Notes: generated by a model from the sequence alone, not told the origin. DNA of 64,000 nucleotides from Frankiales bacterium (GCA_025465465.1 JAODND010000091.1:20850-84849); one strand, 5' to 3'; counted from the stretch's first letter, positions 52,099-61,689 are shown. Made by a program: numbers and translations.

Positions 52099-53657
52099 GA
52101 CGTGGGAGAACCGCGCGGGCGCTGTTGGCAGCCGGTGCCTTCGCCTCGCTCCTCAGCGCGGGGCCCGGGCACGCCGCTGCACCGAACCGTCCCGCTCTGT
52201 TGCCGGCCTGCGCCTACGGGACCTCAGCACCGGGTGTCAGCGGTTTCGCGGCCCGCGTCGAGCGCGACGCGTGGAGCTATGCCGACCGGCAGCCAGGTGA
52301 CGCGCCAACCCGTTCGACGACTGCGCGTGCGTTCGCCGCTGCCGAGGTCGCCTACGTCTACGGTCTTCCGCTGGTCGAGGTCCACGACACGATCCGTCAG
52401 TTCCGCTTCCGCAACACCACCGTCAGCATCGCCGAGCTCACGACGGCCGCGTCACGACGAGTCGTGTCACCCAACGTCGACACCCTGTACACCGTCGGCT
52501 GGCTGAGCCTCGCCCAGCAGCCCCTCGTGCTCGACGTCCCCGACACCGGCGGCCGCTTCTACACCTTCCAGCTCATGGACGGCTGGACCAACTCCTTCGC
52601 CTACCTCGGCTCCGGCTCCACCGGCACGCGAGCCGGGTCGTACCTGCTGACACCGCCCGGCTGGCGCGGCACCGTCCCGCCCGGCGTCCACTTGGTACGC
52701 AGCCCGACCCGCACCGTCTGGCTGCTCGGACGCACCCTCGTCGACGGCGCCGCCGACCTGCCGAAGGCCCGCCCGGTGCTTCAGCACTACACCGCCACGC
52801 CACTGGCAGCCTGGGTGGCCGGCGTCCGGGGCCGGCCCGTCGTGTTCGACAAGGCACCGCCTGCGCAAGCGAAGCCGGCAACACCCGCCGGCGGCGACTT
52901 CATCAGCACGCTGAACCGGCAACTCGTCCTCGACCCGCCGCCAGCGGATCAGACGTGCGTCCTGGACGCGCTCGCGCCGGCCGGCGTCCAGCGGCCCAGC
53001 TCGTCGGCCCTTGCCGTCCAAGCCGCAGATGCCGCCGACGTCGCGGGAGACCCGTCCGCGTCGCCGCTGCCAGCTCCTGACCCAGCCGTGACAGCGGGCA
53101 CGGCCGCGGCCGTGCGCCTCATCGCGGACGCGGCACGCACCTACCGGGCAACCACTTCCACCGGCCGGGCCGGCTGGAGCGTCATGACCGACCCGTGGAT
53201 CGGGGACTTCGGCCGGCAGTACCTCGGCCGCGCCATCATCGCCACCGACCTGCTCGGCGCCAACGTGCCACGCATCGCCGTCTACCCGACCAGCTACGCC
53301 GACCGAAGCGGACGGCCGCTCACCGGCCGGAGCCGCTACACGATCACCTTCCCGAAGGGGCAACTACCGCCGGTCAAGGCGTTCTGGTCGTTGACCATGT
53401 ACCAGAGCGACAACTTCCTCTACGCCAACAACAGCAACCGGTACGCCGTGGGCGACCGCACAGGCGGACTCCGCTATGGCAAGGACGGATCACTCACGCT
53501 GTACGTCCAGCACGACCCGCCCGCATCCGTCGCGCAGCGGGCCAACTGGCTACCCGCCCCGGTCGACGCGTTCCACCTCATCCTGAGGCTGTACCTGCCA
53601 AAGTCGACGGCTCTCAATGGCGCCTACCGCATCCCGCCGCTCGTCCGCGCTGACTGA
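52095..53657 (+). CDS. secreted DUF1254/DUF1214 domain-containing protein
   Basis: The ATG at 52095 begins signal peptide MRRGRTARALLAAGAFASLLSAGPGHAAAP. It has the DUF1254 motifs SPNVDTLYTVGW and GRFYTFQLMDGWTN, and the DUF1214 motif FWSLTMYQ. Confidence 0.85.
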   Translation: MRRGRTARALLAAGAFASLLSAGPGHAAAPNRPALLPACAYGTSAPGVSGFAARVERDAWSYADRQPGDAPTRSTTARAFAAAEVAYVYGLPLVEVHDTIRQFRFRNTTVSIAELTTAASRRVVSPNVDTLYTVGWLSLAQQPLVLDVPDTGGRFYTFQLMDGWTNSFAYLGSGSTGTRAGSYLLTPPGWRGTVPPGVHLVRSPTRTVWLLGRTLVDGAADLPKARPVLQHYTATPLAAWVAGVRGRPVVFDKAPPAQAKPATPAGGDFISTLNRQLVLDPPPADQTCVLDALAPAGVQRPSSSALAVQAADAADVAGDPSASPLPAPDPAVTAGTAAAVRLIADAARTYRATTSTGRAGWSVMTDPWIGDFGRQYLGRAIIATDLLGANVPRIAVYPTSYADRSGRPLTGRSRYTITFPKGQLPPVKAFWSLTMYQSDNFLYANNSNRYAVGDRTGGLRYGKDGSLTLYVQHDPPASVAQRANWLPAPVDAFHLILRLYLPKSTALNGAYRIPPLVRAD

Positions 53658-53704
53658 GACATCACCTCTGGACCCAGCAAGCGCGGATCCGCCAGCGGCT
53701 GGCA

Positions 53705-54286
53705 CTAGCCTCGCCGCAGGGGTTCGAGCATGAGGTCAAGTCCATCCTCAAGCTCACGAGTGCTGCCGGTCGCGAGCAGCAGCGAAACGCCTCCCTGGAC
53801 CGTCGCGATGATGGCGCCGGCGTAGCGGTCGGGATCGAGGGTCGCCGTGGTGCCTTGCATCGCCGCGACCCCGGCGGCTAGCTCGCGTCGCCACCGGATG
53901 AACAGGCTGCGCGTCACCTCCTGCGCCGCCGGATCACTACGGCCGAGCTCGGTCATCAACACAGCCAGCGGACACGTGCGGCCCTGTCGTCGATATCGCC
54001 GCACGACGGCTGTGCGCCATCGCTGCCAGTCGTCCCAGGTCGTAAGTGCTGACAAGTGGGGCTGCTGGTCGGACAGCACTCGATCGGCCTCGTGGTGCGC
54101 GACGGCGAGCAGCAACTCTTGACGCCCGCCCGGGAAGTAGTGGAAGAGCTGACTCTTGCTGGTCGCAGTCCGCGCACGGATCGCGTCGAGGGTTGCCTCC
54201 GGCACCCCGAGCTCACGGATGGTTGCCGCAGCGCCTTCGATGATCCGCTCGCGCGTTGCAAGACCCTTTGCCGTGATGCCTGTCAT
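53705..54286 (-). CDS. TetR/AcrR family transcriptional regulator
   Basis: 193 aa. The HTH reads IIEGAAATIRELGVPEATLDAIRARTATSKSQLFHYF. There is an ATGA overlap with the upstream SDR. Confidence 0.9.
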   Translation of the reverse strand: MTGITAKGLATRERIIEGAAATIRELGVPEATLDAIRARTATSKSQLFHYFPGGRQELLLAVAHHEADRVLSDQQPHLSALTTWDDWQRWRTAVVRRYRRQGRTCPLAVLMTELGRSDPAAQEVTRSLFIRWRRELAAGVAAMQGTTATLDPDRYAGAIIATVQGGVSLLLATGSTRELEDGLDLMLEPLRRG

Positions 54287-55044
54287 CGGGCGGCGGTCAG
54301 CACCGAGACCCGCCCTCCATCGACGTCAACGACGGTGCCGTTCATGTATGCGGCATCGTCGCTGGCGAGAAACGCGGCCGCGGCGCCGACGGCCGCCGGA
54401 TCCACCACCCGTCCGAGCGGCGTCGACTCCATCAACGGACCGGCGATCGCGATGACATCACTTCCATCCTCGAACGTGACGCCCGGTGAGATCGCGTTGA
54501 CGCGGACGCCGTACGCGCCGAACTCGGCGGCCCACGCGCGCGTGAGCGTCTCGACCGCGCCCTTCGAGGACGCGTATGCCGCGCCGCTCGGCATACCGAG
54601 CCGTGCGACCCACGAGCCCAAATTGATCACGACGCCACTGCCGGCGGCAACCATCGCAGGGACGAGCGCAGCGGTCAGAAAGAACGGCGCCTTCACGTTG
54701 ACGCCGAAGATGCGATCGAACGTCGCGTCGTCGAGCGCCAACGTCCCGCCGGGCGGGTAGACCCCTGCGTTGTTGACGAGGACGTCGATCGGTCCGTACA
54801 CCGCGGTCGCCTTGGTTGCGAGATCACGCGACGCGCGTGCGGATCCGTCGAGCTCCGCCGCGATGAAACTCGCCTCACCCCCCTTGCGCCGGATGCGCTC
54901 GACGACGGTGGCACCACGTTCAAGGTCCCGACCGGAGACGATGACCCGCGCACCGTCGGCGGCCAGCGCGATCGCGATCGACTTGCCGATGTTGCTGGTC
55001 GAACCAGTCACCAGAGCTGTGCGCCCGACGAGTCGTCTTGTCAT
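54283..55044 (-). CDS. SDR family oxidoreductase
   Basis: Internal ATG at 55044 (MTRRLVGRTALVTGSTSNIGKSIA...). It has NNAG and YASSKGA motifs. The longer ORF to 55374 runs through the tRNA and was rejected. Confidence 0.9.
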   Translation of the reverse strand: MTRRLVGRTALVTGSTSNIGKSIAIALAADGARVIVSGRDLERGATVVERIRRKGGEASFIAAELDGSARASRDLATKATAVYGPIDVLVNNAGVYPPGGTLALDDATFDRIFGVNVKAPFFLTAALVPAMVAAGSGVVINLGSWVARLGMPSGAAYASSKGAVETLTRAWAAEFGAYGVRVNAISPGVTFEDGSDVIAIAGPLMESTPLGRVVDPAAVGAAAAFLASDDAAYMNGTVVDVDGGRVSVLTAAR

Positions 55045-55059
55045 GCGATCGACGCTAGG

Positions 55060-55080
55060 TTGCAGAGATTGGACCTGCAA
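55060..55080. promoter_or_regulatory. inverted repeat TTGCAG-N9-CTGCAA upstream of the SDR-TetR operon (candidate operator)
   Basis: Lies 15 nt upstream of the SDR start and overlaps GGAC-CTGCAA-GTCC (55071-55084). Confidence 0.3.
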
Positions 55081-55151
55081 GTCCAGAGTCCTCCACCCGG
55101 CGACGGCGGGAGCGCCAGGACTACCAACCCACCGGATCCTGACCCGGCCCC

Positions 55152-55188
55152 ACAAAAAGTAGACCGAACCTGCAGATTGCAGGTCCGG
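55152..55188 (-). terminator. intrinsic terminator downstream of tRNA-fMet
   Basis: On the minus strand, CCGGACCTGCA-AUC-UGCAGGUUCGG forms an 11-bp stem with one G-U pair and a 3-nt loop. A U5 tract follows 5 nt later. The structure lies about 33 nt after the tRNA 3' end. Confidence 0.6.
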
Positions 55189-55220
55189 CCCATTCCGATG
55201 TCCTGAGACATCACATTTTG

Positions 55221-55294
55221 TAGCGGGGGCAGGATTTGAACCTGCGACCTCTGGGTTATGAGCCCAGCGAGCTACCGAGCTGCTCCACCCCGCG
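55221..55294 (-). tRNA. initiator tRNA-Met (CAT anticodon)
   Basis: Minus-strand sequence CGCGGGGTGGAGCAGCTCGGTAGCTCGCTGGGCTCATAACCCAGAGGTCGCAGGTTCAAATCCTGCCCCCGCTA. It has a 1:72 mismatch (C:T) and three G-C pairs in the anticodon stem, as in initiator tRNAs. The CCA end is not encoded. Confidence 0.9.
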
Positions 55295-55508
55295 TCGGTA
55301 CAGATCACGATACACCAGCAAGAATCGGCAGGTGACCCTCGTTCTCTGAACCAACGATCGCGCGGCCGTCGCAATCCTCGGCGACCGGGCCATCGTGGCC
55401 CGGCCGCCGGAGCAGGTGCTGGACCAGCTTCCCTGCTCAGGTATGACCTGAGCTCCCGGCCTTGAGCGTGGGCCGACGGGCGGTGGTTCAGAAAGGAGCA
55501 GGGAAGGT

Positions 55509-58406
55509 CTAGGGGGAGGGGGTGGGTGAGGGGCTGGCGTGGGTCGCGAGCTGGTCGAGGTCCCTCTTGAGCTGCGCCTGCGCGTCGCCGTAGCCCGTGA
55601 AGTCGCCCCTCTTCAGCGCCGCTTGCCCGTCGTCATAGGCCTTCTGGGCGTCGCTGATGAGCTGCGCCACGGTCGCGTCCGTGGGCGGTGCCGTCCCGGG
55701 GGACGGCGTGGGCCCGACGGTGGTGCCGGCACCGAAGAGGTCGTTCAGGGCATCGGCCAAGGTGTCCTTGTAGGAGATCTTGTTGCCGAAGCTCACGATC
55801 ACCTTGGTGAGGATCGGGAAGCTGGGCGACTTCTTGCCCTGGGTGTACACGGGCTCGACATAGAGCAGGCCCTTGCCGACGGGAAGCGTCAGCAGGTTTC
55901 CGAGCACGACCTCGGAGCCGCCCTGCCTGAGCAGCGACAGCGCGGAGGACACGGTCGGGTTGCTCTCAAAGGTGTTGGCCACCTGTTCAGGTCCTTCGAT
56001 GACCTTGTTCTTGGGCAAGGTGAGGATCTCGATCTTCCCGTAGGTGCCCGCGTCCGAGGACACCGCTGCGAAGGCGGTGAGCGGCGTGGCGTTGCGGGCG
56101 ACGAAGGTCGTTGTCAGCGAGAAGGCCGGCGCTGCGGCACCTGGCATCTGCAGCAGCACGTAGTAGGGCGGCTGGGCAGGCCCGGACGACGTCCCCGCCG
56201 TCGGAGCCGGCGTCGCGCCACTGTTGATGATGCGGGTGGCGTCCTGCGTCGGGTCGCTCGGGATGTCCCACTGGTCGGTGCCCTGGAAGAACGTCTGGAC
56301 ATCGGAGACGTGGTACTTCGCGAGCAGGTCCCGCTGCACCTTGAACAGGTCCTCGGGGTAGCGCATGTGGCTCCTCAGCTCGTCACTGATAGCGCTGTTG
56401 TCCTGCACCAGGTTGGGAAAGACCTTGCGCCAGGTCTTGAGCACCGGGTCCTGCTCGTCCCAGGCATAGAGGTTGACCTTGCCGGAGTAGGCGTCGACGG
56501 TGGCCTTCACCGAGTTGCGGATGTAGTTGACCTGGCTGCTGTTGGTGCGCGTCCCCTGGCTGTCGGTGGTGACCTTGCCGAAGCTGCTGCTCTGCGAGTA
56601 GGGGTAGCCGCTGCTCGTCGTGTATCCGTCGACGATCCAGAGGATCTTGCCGTCGACCACGGCCGGGTACGGGTCGCCGTCGAGGGTCAGGAACGGTGCC
56701 ACCTTCTGCACGCGGTCGGCCGGCGAGCGGTCGTACATGATCTTGCTGTTGCTGGTCAGCGAGCCCGACAGCAGGATGTTCTTGTCCCGGAACTTCAGCG
56801 CATACAGCAGCTTGCGGAACCCGGTGTCGAGCTTGATGCCGCCCGTCCCGGCGTACCGGCTGGTCGCCTGGTCGGACGCGGCGTCCGCACCCGGCCCGTC
56901 GATCTCCGGCTGCTTGGTGTTGACGATCGAGTACTCCGGTGACTGCTCGCCGTAGTAGATCTGGGAGTTGGCGACCGTGAAGACCTTGCTGCTGCTGCTG
57001 TCTGTCTGCGGCACGTCGCCGGCCGTGTAGCTCGGCTGCCCCGGGTTCAGGCTGTCGGTCTTGTTCGCCGGGGCCGCGACGAACCCGTTGCCGTGGGTGT
57101 AGGCGAGGTGCAGGTTGACCCAGTTCTGCTGCTGCGCAGGGACGCGGTTGACGTCGAGCTCGCGCACCGCGACGACGTAGTCCTCGGTCTTGCCCGCGTC
57201 GGTGTAGCGGTCGATGTCGAGTGACTGGTTGAAGGCGAAGTAGGTCCGCAGCCCCTGGTTCTGCTTGTACGTCGGGCCGAGGATGTTCGGGTCGAGCAGC
57301 CGGATGTTGGGGATCGTCCCCGTGTCGTTGCGCAGCGTTGCCTTCGTCGCCGTCGAGACCCCTGGGTAGGTCGTGACGGAGACGTCATTGATCCCGTAGG
57401 CCTGCTTGGTGGCGGTCATGTTGCGCTGGATGTACTGGCGCTCGCGCTGCAGCTGGTTGGGACCGACCGTCGTCTGCTGCACGACGTACGGGTAGATGCC
57501 GCCCACCGCGATCGAGCTCACGACGAGCAGCGCGAGCGCACCGGCGGGCAGCAGGACGTTGCGCACGACGACGTTTGCGAAGAACAGCAGCGCGCAGATG
57601 GCGGCGATGAGCATGAGCATCGTCTTCGCCGGCAGCACCGCGTGCACGTCGGTGTAGGAAGCGCCCTCGACCACACCGCGGTTGCTGAAGACGAGGCCGA
57701 ACCGGTCGAGGTAGTAGGACACCGCCTTCGCGAAGACGATGAGCCCGATCATCACCGAGATGTGCACGCGGGCCGCGACGCTGACCTTCTCCCCTGCCGT
57801 CTGCAGCCGGATGCCGCCGAACAGGTAGTGGGTCACCAGCGCCGCGATCAGCGACAGCACCAGCACGACCAGCGCGAACCCGAGCAGGAAGCGCTGGAAC
57901 GGGTAGGTGAACGTGAAGTAGGAGATGTCCTTGCCGAACTGCGCGTCCTTCTGTCCGAACGACGTGCCGTTCGCGAAGAGCAGCCAGGTGCGCCAGCGCG
58001 AGGCGGCGGACAACCCGGCGAAGACCCCGAACAGCAGGCTCAGCACGATGAGGACCGGGGTGAGGTACGGCTCGAGCGCGACCCGGTAGCGCTCGAGGTT
58101 CTGCTGCTCGAGCGACACCGGCTGGAAGGGCGGCCGGTTGCGGTAGGCCAGCGCGATGTTGATGCCGATGACCACGGCCATCAGCAGGCCGAAGACGAAG
58201 AACAGCACGAGCTTGGTCTTCAGGACCGTCGAGAACACGTTGGTGTGCCCGGCCTCCTGGAACCAGAGGTAGTCGGTGTACTGGGAGACGAAGACGCCGC
58301 CGAGCACGAGCAGCAGCAGGACGACGACGGCGGTGGGGGCGAACAGGCGCGAGCGGCCCGGGAAGGCAGCTCCACGAGGACGGACGGCCACGGCTGGGGC
58401 ACTCAC
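55509..58406 (-). CDS. UPF0182 family membrane protein
   Basis: 965 aa. The N-terminal polytopic region includes YTDYLWFQEAGHTNVF and is followed by a large extracytoplasmic domain, typical of the actinobacterial UPF0182 family. Confidence 0.9.
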   Translation of the reverse strand: MSAPAVAVRPRGAAFPGRSRLFAPTAVVVLLLLVLGGVFVSQYTDYLWFQEAGHTNVFSTVLKTKLVLFFVFGLLMAVVIGINIALAYRNRPPFQPVSLEQQNLERYRVALEPYLTPVLIVLSLLFGVFAGLSAASRWRTWLLFANGTSFGQKDAQFGKDISYFTFTYPFQRFLLGFALVVLVLSLIAALVTHYLFGGIRLQTAGEKVSVAARVHISVMIGLIVFAKAVSYYLDRFGLVFSNRGVVEGASYTDVHAVLPAKTMLMLIAAICALLFFANVVVRNVLLPAGALALLVVSSIAVGGIYPYVVQQTTVGPNQLQRERQYIQRNMTATKQAYGINDVSVTTYPGVSTATKATLRNDTGTIPNIRLLDPNILGPTYKQNQGLRTYFAFNQSLDIDRYTDAGKTEDYVVAVRELDVNRVPAQQQNWVNLHLAYTHGNGFVAAPANKTDSLNPGQPSYTAGDVPQTDSSSSKVFTVANSQIYYGEQSPEYSIVNTKQPEIDGPGADAASDQATSRYAGTGGIKLDTGFRKLLYALKFRDKNILLSGSLTSNSKIMYDRSPADRVQKVAPFLTLDGDPYPAVVDGKILWIVDGYTTSSGYPYSQSSSFGKVTTDSQGTRTNSSQVNYIRNSVKATVDAYSGKVNLYAWDEQDPVLKTWRKVFPNLVQDNSAISDELRSHMRYPEDLFKVQRDLLAKYHVSDVQTFFQGTDQWDIPSDPTQDATRIINSGATPAPTAGTSSGPAQPPYYVLLQMPGAAAPAFSLTTTFVARNATPLTAFAAVSSDAGTYGKIEILTLPKNKVIEGPEQVANTFESNPTVSSALSLLRQGGSEVVLGNLLTLPVGKGLLYVEPVYTQGKKSPSFPILTKVIVSFGNKISYKDTLADALNDLFGAGTTVGPTPSPGTAPPTDATVAQLISDAQKAYDDGQAALKRGDFTGYGDAQAQLKRDLDQLATHASPSPTPSP

Positions 58407-58466
58407 CTTCGTCAGGACTGGACTGGCACCTCGAACCTAACCACAGCCATCCGCAAGGATGGCCCC

Positions 58467-58985
58467 ATGCCGGCACCGCCCAGCCCCGTTCTGCTCGCCG
58501 TCGTGGCCGAGGTCGAGGGGCACCTCGCCGAGGCCGGCTGGGACCAGCCGCCGCAGCTCTTCGCCCTCGTCGACACCGAGGAGCTGCTGCGCGCCGAGCC
58601 CCAGCTCGCCGAGTCGATGGGCCTGGTCGTCTCCCGGCCGGGGTCGCTCACCCCGATCGCGCAGGACCCGCTGACCGAGGCACCTCTCGACGAGCAGCTG
58701 GCCGGCCTGATGTTCGGTACGGAGGTGCTCGGCGTCGTGCTGGCCCATGAGGTCCTCGTCCTCCCGCCGTCCGCGGAGGCCGACCTGCAGCAGGACGCGG
58801 CAGCCGTCGCCGCAGAGCATCCTGCGCGGCGCGAGGTGCGGATGACGGTGGGTGTGCTGCGCGACGGCAGCCGCGAGTCGGTGCTGCGGCTGCGCGGCAA
58901 GGACGTCGAGCCGGACGAGCTCGTGACCGGCGGGGACCTCGCCCCCGGGCTCAGCGAGGCCTTGCTCGCGACCCTCGACGCGTAG
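58467..58985 (+). CDS. PPA1309-family conserved actinobacterial protein
   Basis: The ATG at 58467 begins a 172-aa protein, divergent from the UPF0182 gene. The motif GWDQPPQLFALVDTEELLRAEPQLA is typical of this family. Confidence 0.7.
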   Translation: MPAPPSPVLLAVVAEVEGHLAEAGWDQPPQLFALVDTEELLRAEPQLAESMGLVVSRPGSLTPIAQDPLTEAPLDEQLAGLMFGTEVLGVVLAHEVLVLPPSAEADLQQDAAAVAAEHPARREVRMTVGVLRDGSRESVLRLRGKDVEPDELVTGGDLAPGLSEALLATLDA

Positions 58986-61689
58986 CCGTCGCAGGCACGT
59001 CCGACACGGGCAGGTCGAGGCTGAACTCCGCGCCCTTGCCGACGCGGGAGCTCACTGTCAGCGGCAGGCCGGCGTCCTCCGCCAGCCGGCGCACGAAGGA
59101 CAGCCCGAGTCCCAGGCCACCGACCTTGCGCGTCGCCGATCCGTCGACCTGCTCGAAGGAGGTGAACAGCCCGGGCTGCTCCTCTTCGGAGATCCCGGGG
59201 CCCGCGTCCTTCACCGTCACCCGCACCCGGGTGCCGTCCGGGGAGAGCGCCGCGATCAGCGTGATCGGCGTCCCGGGCGGGGTGTACTTCACGGCGTTGT
59301 CGATCAGCTCGTCGAGCGCCTTGCCGACCCAGGTCGGGTCGACGTGCAGCGCCGGCAGACCGGCGGCGATCCGTCGCTTCAGGTCTGAGCTGCGCGCTGG
59401 TGCCCGGCGCTGCCAGTGGTCGAGCCGCAGACCGAGCAGCTCACGCGCCGTGATGGTCTGCGGGGTCACCGACACCCGGCCCGCCTCGAGCGCGGCGACG
59501 TCGACCAGCAGGTCCACGACGCGGTTCATCTTCAGCGCCTCGTCGCGGATCGTCGTCGCGAACGTCGCGACCTGGCTGTCGTCGAGGCCTGGCTTGCCGA
59601 CGAGGATCTCGGCATAGCCCCGGATCGGCGTCAGCGGAGTCCGCAGCTCGTGGCTGACATTGGAGAGGAACTCGGTCTTCATCCGCTCGACCTCGCGCTC
59701 GCGCGTCGTGTCGCGCAGCACCATCACCACGCCCTCGACGCCCTGCAGCGGGCTGAGGGCGACCCGCACCGGCACCCGCACGCCGTCCGGCCGGACCACC
59801 TCGGCCGCATCGTCCCGCAGCCGCAGCGAGGGGTCGGCGAGCTGGTTGTCGTTGAGGTCGCGCACGTCCGCCACGATCCCGAGCGGCTCACCGATCACGT
59901 CCGCCTCCTCGAGCCCGAGCATCTCGAGGGCCGCCCGGTTGACCGACGTCACGACCCCGTCGGCATCGGTCGCCAGTAGGCCGTCGGTCATCGAGGCCAG
60001 CACCGTCGACAGCCGCGCAGCCGAGTCCCGCAGGTCGCCCGTCAGTCGGCCGAGTGAGGTCGTCATCGCGTCGAACTGCCGAGCCAGGGTCCCGACCTCG
60101 TCGCGGGTCGTGACGTCAGTCCTGACCAACAGGTCACCGCCGGCGATCCGCTCCGCGGCGAGGGTCAGCTGCCGCACCGGATCCACCGTCCGTCTCCCGA
60201 GGACGATGGCAAGCACCGCGACGAGCAGCAGGGCGGCGAGTGAGGTGATCACCAGCAACCGCAGGGCATCTCGCTCCGCCTGCAGCGCCTCGGTCGCGTC
60301 CCGGCTGACGGCGAGATAGGCAACCGGCGTCCCGCTCGCATCGAGCAGCGGCCGGAACGCCACCGTCGGTTCGACCCCCTGCGACCCGATCGTGAGACCG
60401 CTCACCGGGATGCCGCTGCCGACGTGGGCGCGGTCGGCGATGGCGAGCACCTCGGCGGCGGTGCGCGCGCTGCGGCTCGAGGCCACCACACCGAGCGGGC
60501 TGCCGGCCAGGATGTGCAGCCCGTAGCCGCCTACGTCGAAGGACTGACGGGCATACGCCGAGTCGAGCACGACCCCGTACATGTAGACCTTGGAGGGCCG
60601 TGTGCGCAGTCCCGTGTCGGCGTACTCGCCGACGATGCCGGCCACAGCGACGGCGTTGGACGAGCCGGGCAGCCGCAGGTAGGTGGTCACGGGATCCACG
60701 TTGCGCTGGGCATTGGCGTTGGTGGCGGCGAAGACAGCGCGCACCACAGGCTGGCTCGACAGCGCGAGCAACGTGCCGGGCCCGAGGACCACTCCGCGGG
60801 CACCCACCCTGGTGGTCGTGCCGGCCGGCGTGATCGTGACGAGGAAGTCGTGCAGCCCGGGAGGCACGAACGACCTGGAGGGGTCGGGGCTCTCGACCAG
60901 CTGACGGCAGCCGTCGGGGCTGAGCGTCTTGCAGAACTCGGCCAGGTGCGTGGTCGTGGTCGACACGACGGCGCCCCTCAGGTCGCCGATCGAGACCAGG
61001 CGGGCGGCGAGGGTCTCCTGGACGGTCTGGCGCGCCTCGGTCTCGTAGGAGTTGACGACGACGTTGCCGACGATGCCGACTGCGGCCACAGCCATGGCCA
61101 GCACTCCGGCGAGGATCGCCGCCACGACCTTGGACAGCAGCGAGGAACGGGCGAGCAGCGCCAGCCCGAGCAGCACCGCTGCCGCGCCTGCGCCGCGCAG
61201 GACGAGCACGGTGGCCGGAGTGCCGCTGCCCTGATCGGCGCCGATCGAGACGAACGACGCGACGCCCCACAGCGCCAGGCCGGCACCGGTGGCCAGGCCG
61301 ACCGGGTCGCGGCGGCTGCGAAGGGCGGCCAGCGCTGCCAGCACCGAGGCCACACCGGCGAACGACGACGGGCCGGCCGTGGCCGCAAGCGGCACCACGA
61401 CGCCGTACAGGGAGGCGGGGACGTCCCGACGGCCGAGCCCGCCCGTCCAGATCCCGACAGCCAGCAGCAGACCAGCCGCGCCACGAGCGAGCGCGAGTCC
61501 GTCGGAGGCGGTGTCCCCGAGCCGGAGGGCGGTGGCGATCTCGGCCCCGGCGAGGACGAGCGCGCCGGCCGCGAGCACGAGCCCGGCGGCGCTGCGGCGC
61601 AGGGCAGCCGCGGCAGCGAGGCCGACGGACGCGGAGATGGCCAGCAGCTGGACGGCACCCAGGAGCGCAAAGGGGACGCCGGGCTCCAT
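58951..61689 (-). CDS. membrane sensor histidine kinase (polytopic N-terminus, extracytoplasmic domain, HAMP, PAS, HisKA, HATPase)
   Basis: 912 aa. The H-box is FLSNVSHELRTPLTPIRGYAEIL, with a HAMP region around RTVDPVRQLTLAAERIAGGDL and the G-boxes DAGPGI and GGLGLGLSF. Confidence 0.9.
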   Translation of the reverse strand: MEPGVPFALLGAVQLLAISASVGLAAAAALRRSAAGLVLAAGALVLAGAEIATALRLGDTASDGLALARGAAGLLLAVGIWTGGLGRRDVPASLYGVVVPLAATAGPSSFAGVASVLAALAALRSRRDPVGLATGAGLALWGVASFVSIGADQGSGTPATVLVLRGAGAAAVLLGLALLARSSLLSKVVAAILAGVLAMAVAAVGIVGNVVVNSYETEARQTVQETLAARLVSIGDLRGAVVSTTTTHLAEFCKTLSPDGCRQLVESPDPSRSFVPPGLHDFLVTITPAGTTTRVGARGVVLGPGTLLALSSQPVVRAVFAATNANAQRNVDPVTTYLRLPGSSNAVAVAGIVGEYADTGLRTRPSKVYMYGVVLDSAYARQSFDVGGYGLHILAGSPLGVVASSRSARTAAEVLAIADRAHVGSGIPVSGLTIGSQGVEPTVAFRPLLDASGTPVAYLAVSRDATEALQAERDALRLLVITSLAALLLVAVLAIVLGRRTVDPVRQLTLAAERIAGGDLLVRTDVTTRDEVGTLARQFDAMTTSLGRLTGDLRDSAARLSTVLASMTDGLLATDADGVVTSVNRAALEMLGLEEADVIGEPLGIVADVRDLNDNQLADPSLRLRDDAAEVVRPDGVRVPVRVALSPLQGVEGVVMVLRDTTREREVERMKTEFLSNVSHELRTPLTPIRGYAEILVGKPGLDDSQVATFATTIRDEALKMNRVVDLLVDVAALEAGRVSVTPQTITARELLGLRLDHWQRRAPARSSDLKRRIAAGLPALHVDPTWVGKALDELIDNAVKYTPPGTPITLIAALSPDGTRVRVTVKDAGPGISEEEQPGLFTSFEQVDGSATRKVGGLGLGLSFVRRLAEDAGLPLTVSSRVGKGAEFSLDLPVSDVPATATRRGSRARPR

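Noticed and set aside
54283-55374. 363-aa version of the SDR ORF extending upstream to 55374
   Set aside because: The extension runs straight through the initiator tRNA-Met (55221-55294) and its terminator. The SDR Rossmann N-terminus begins at the internal ATG at 55044.
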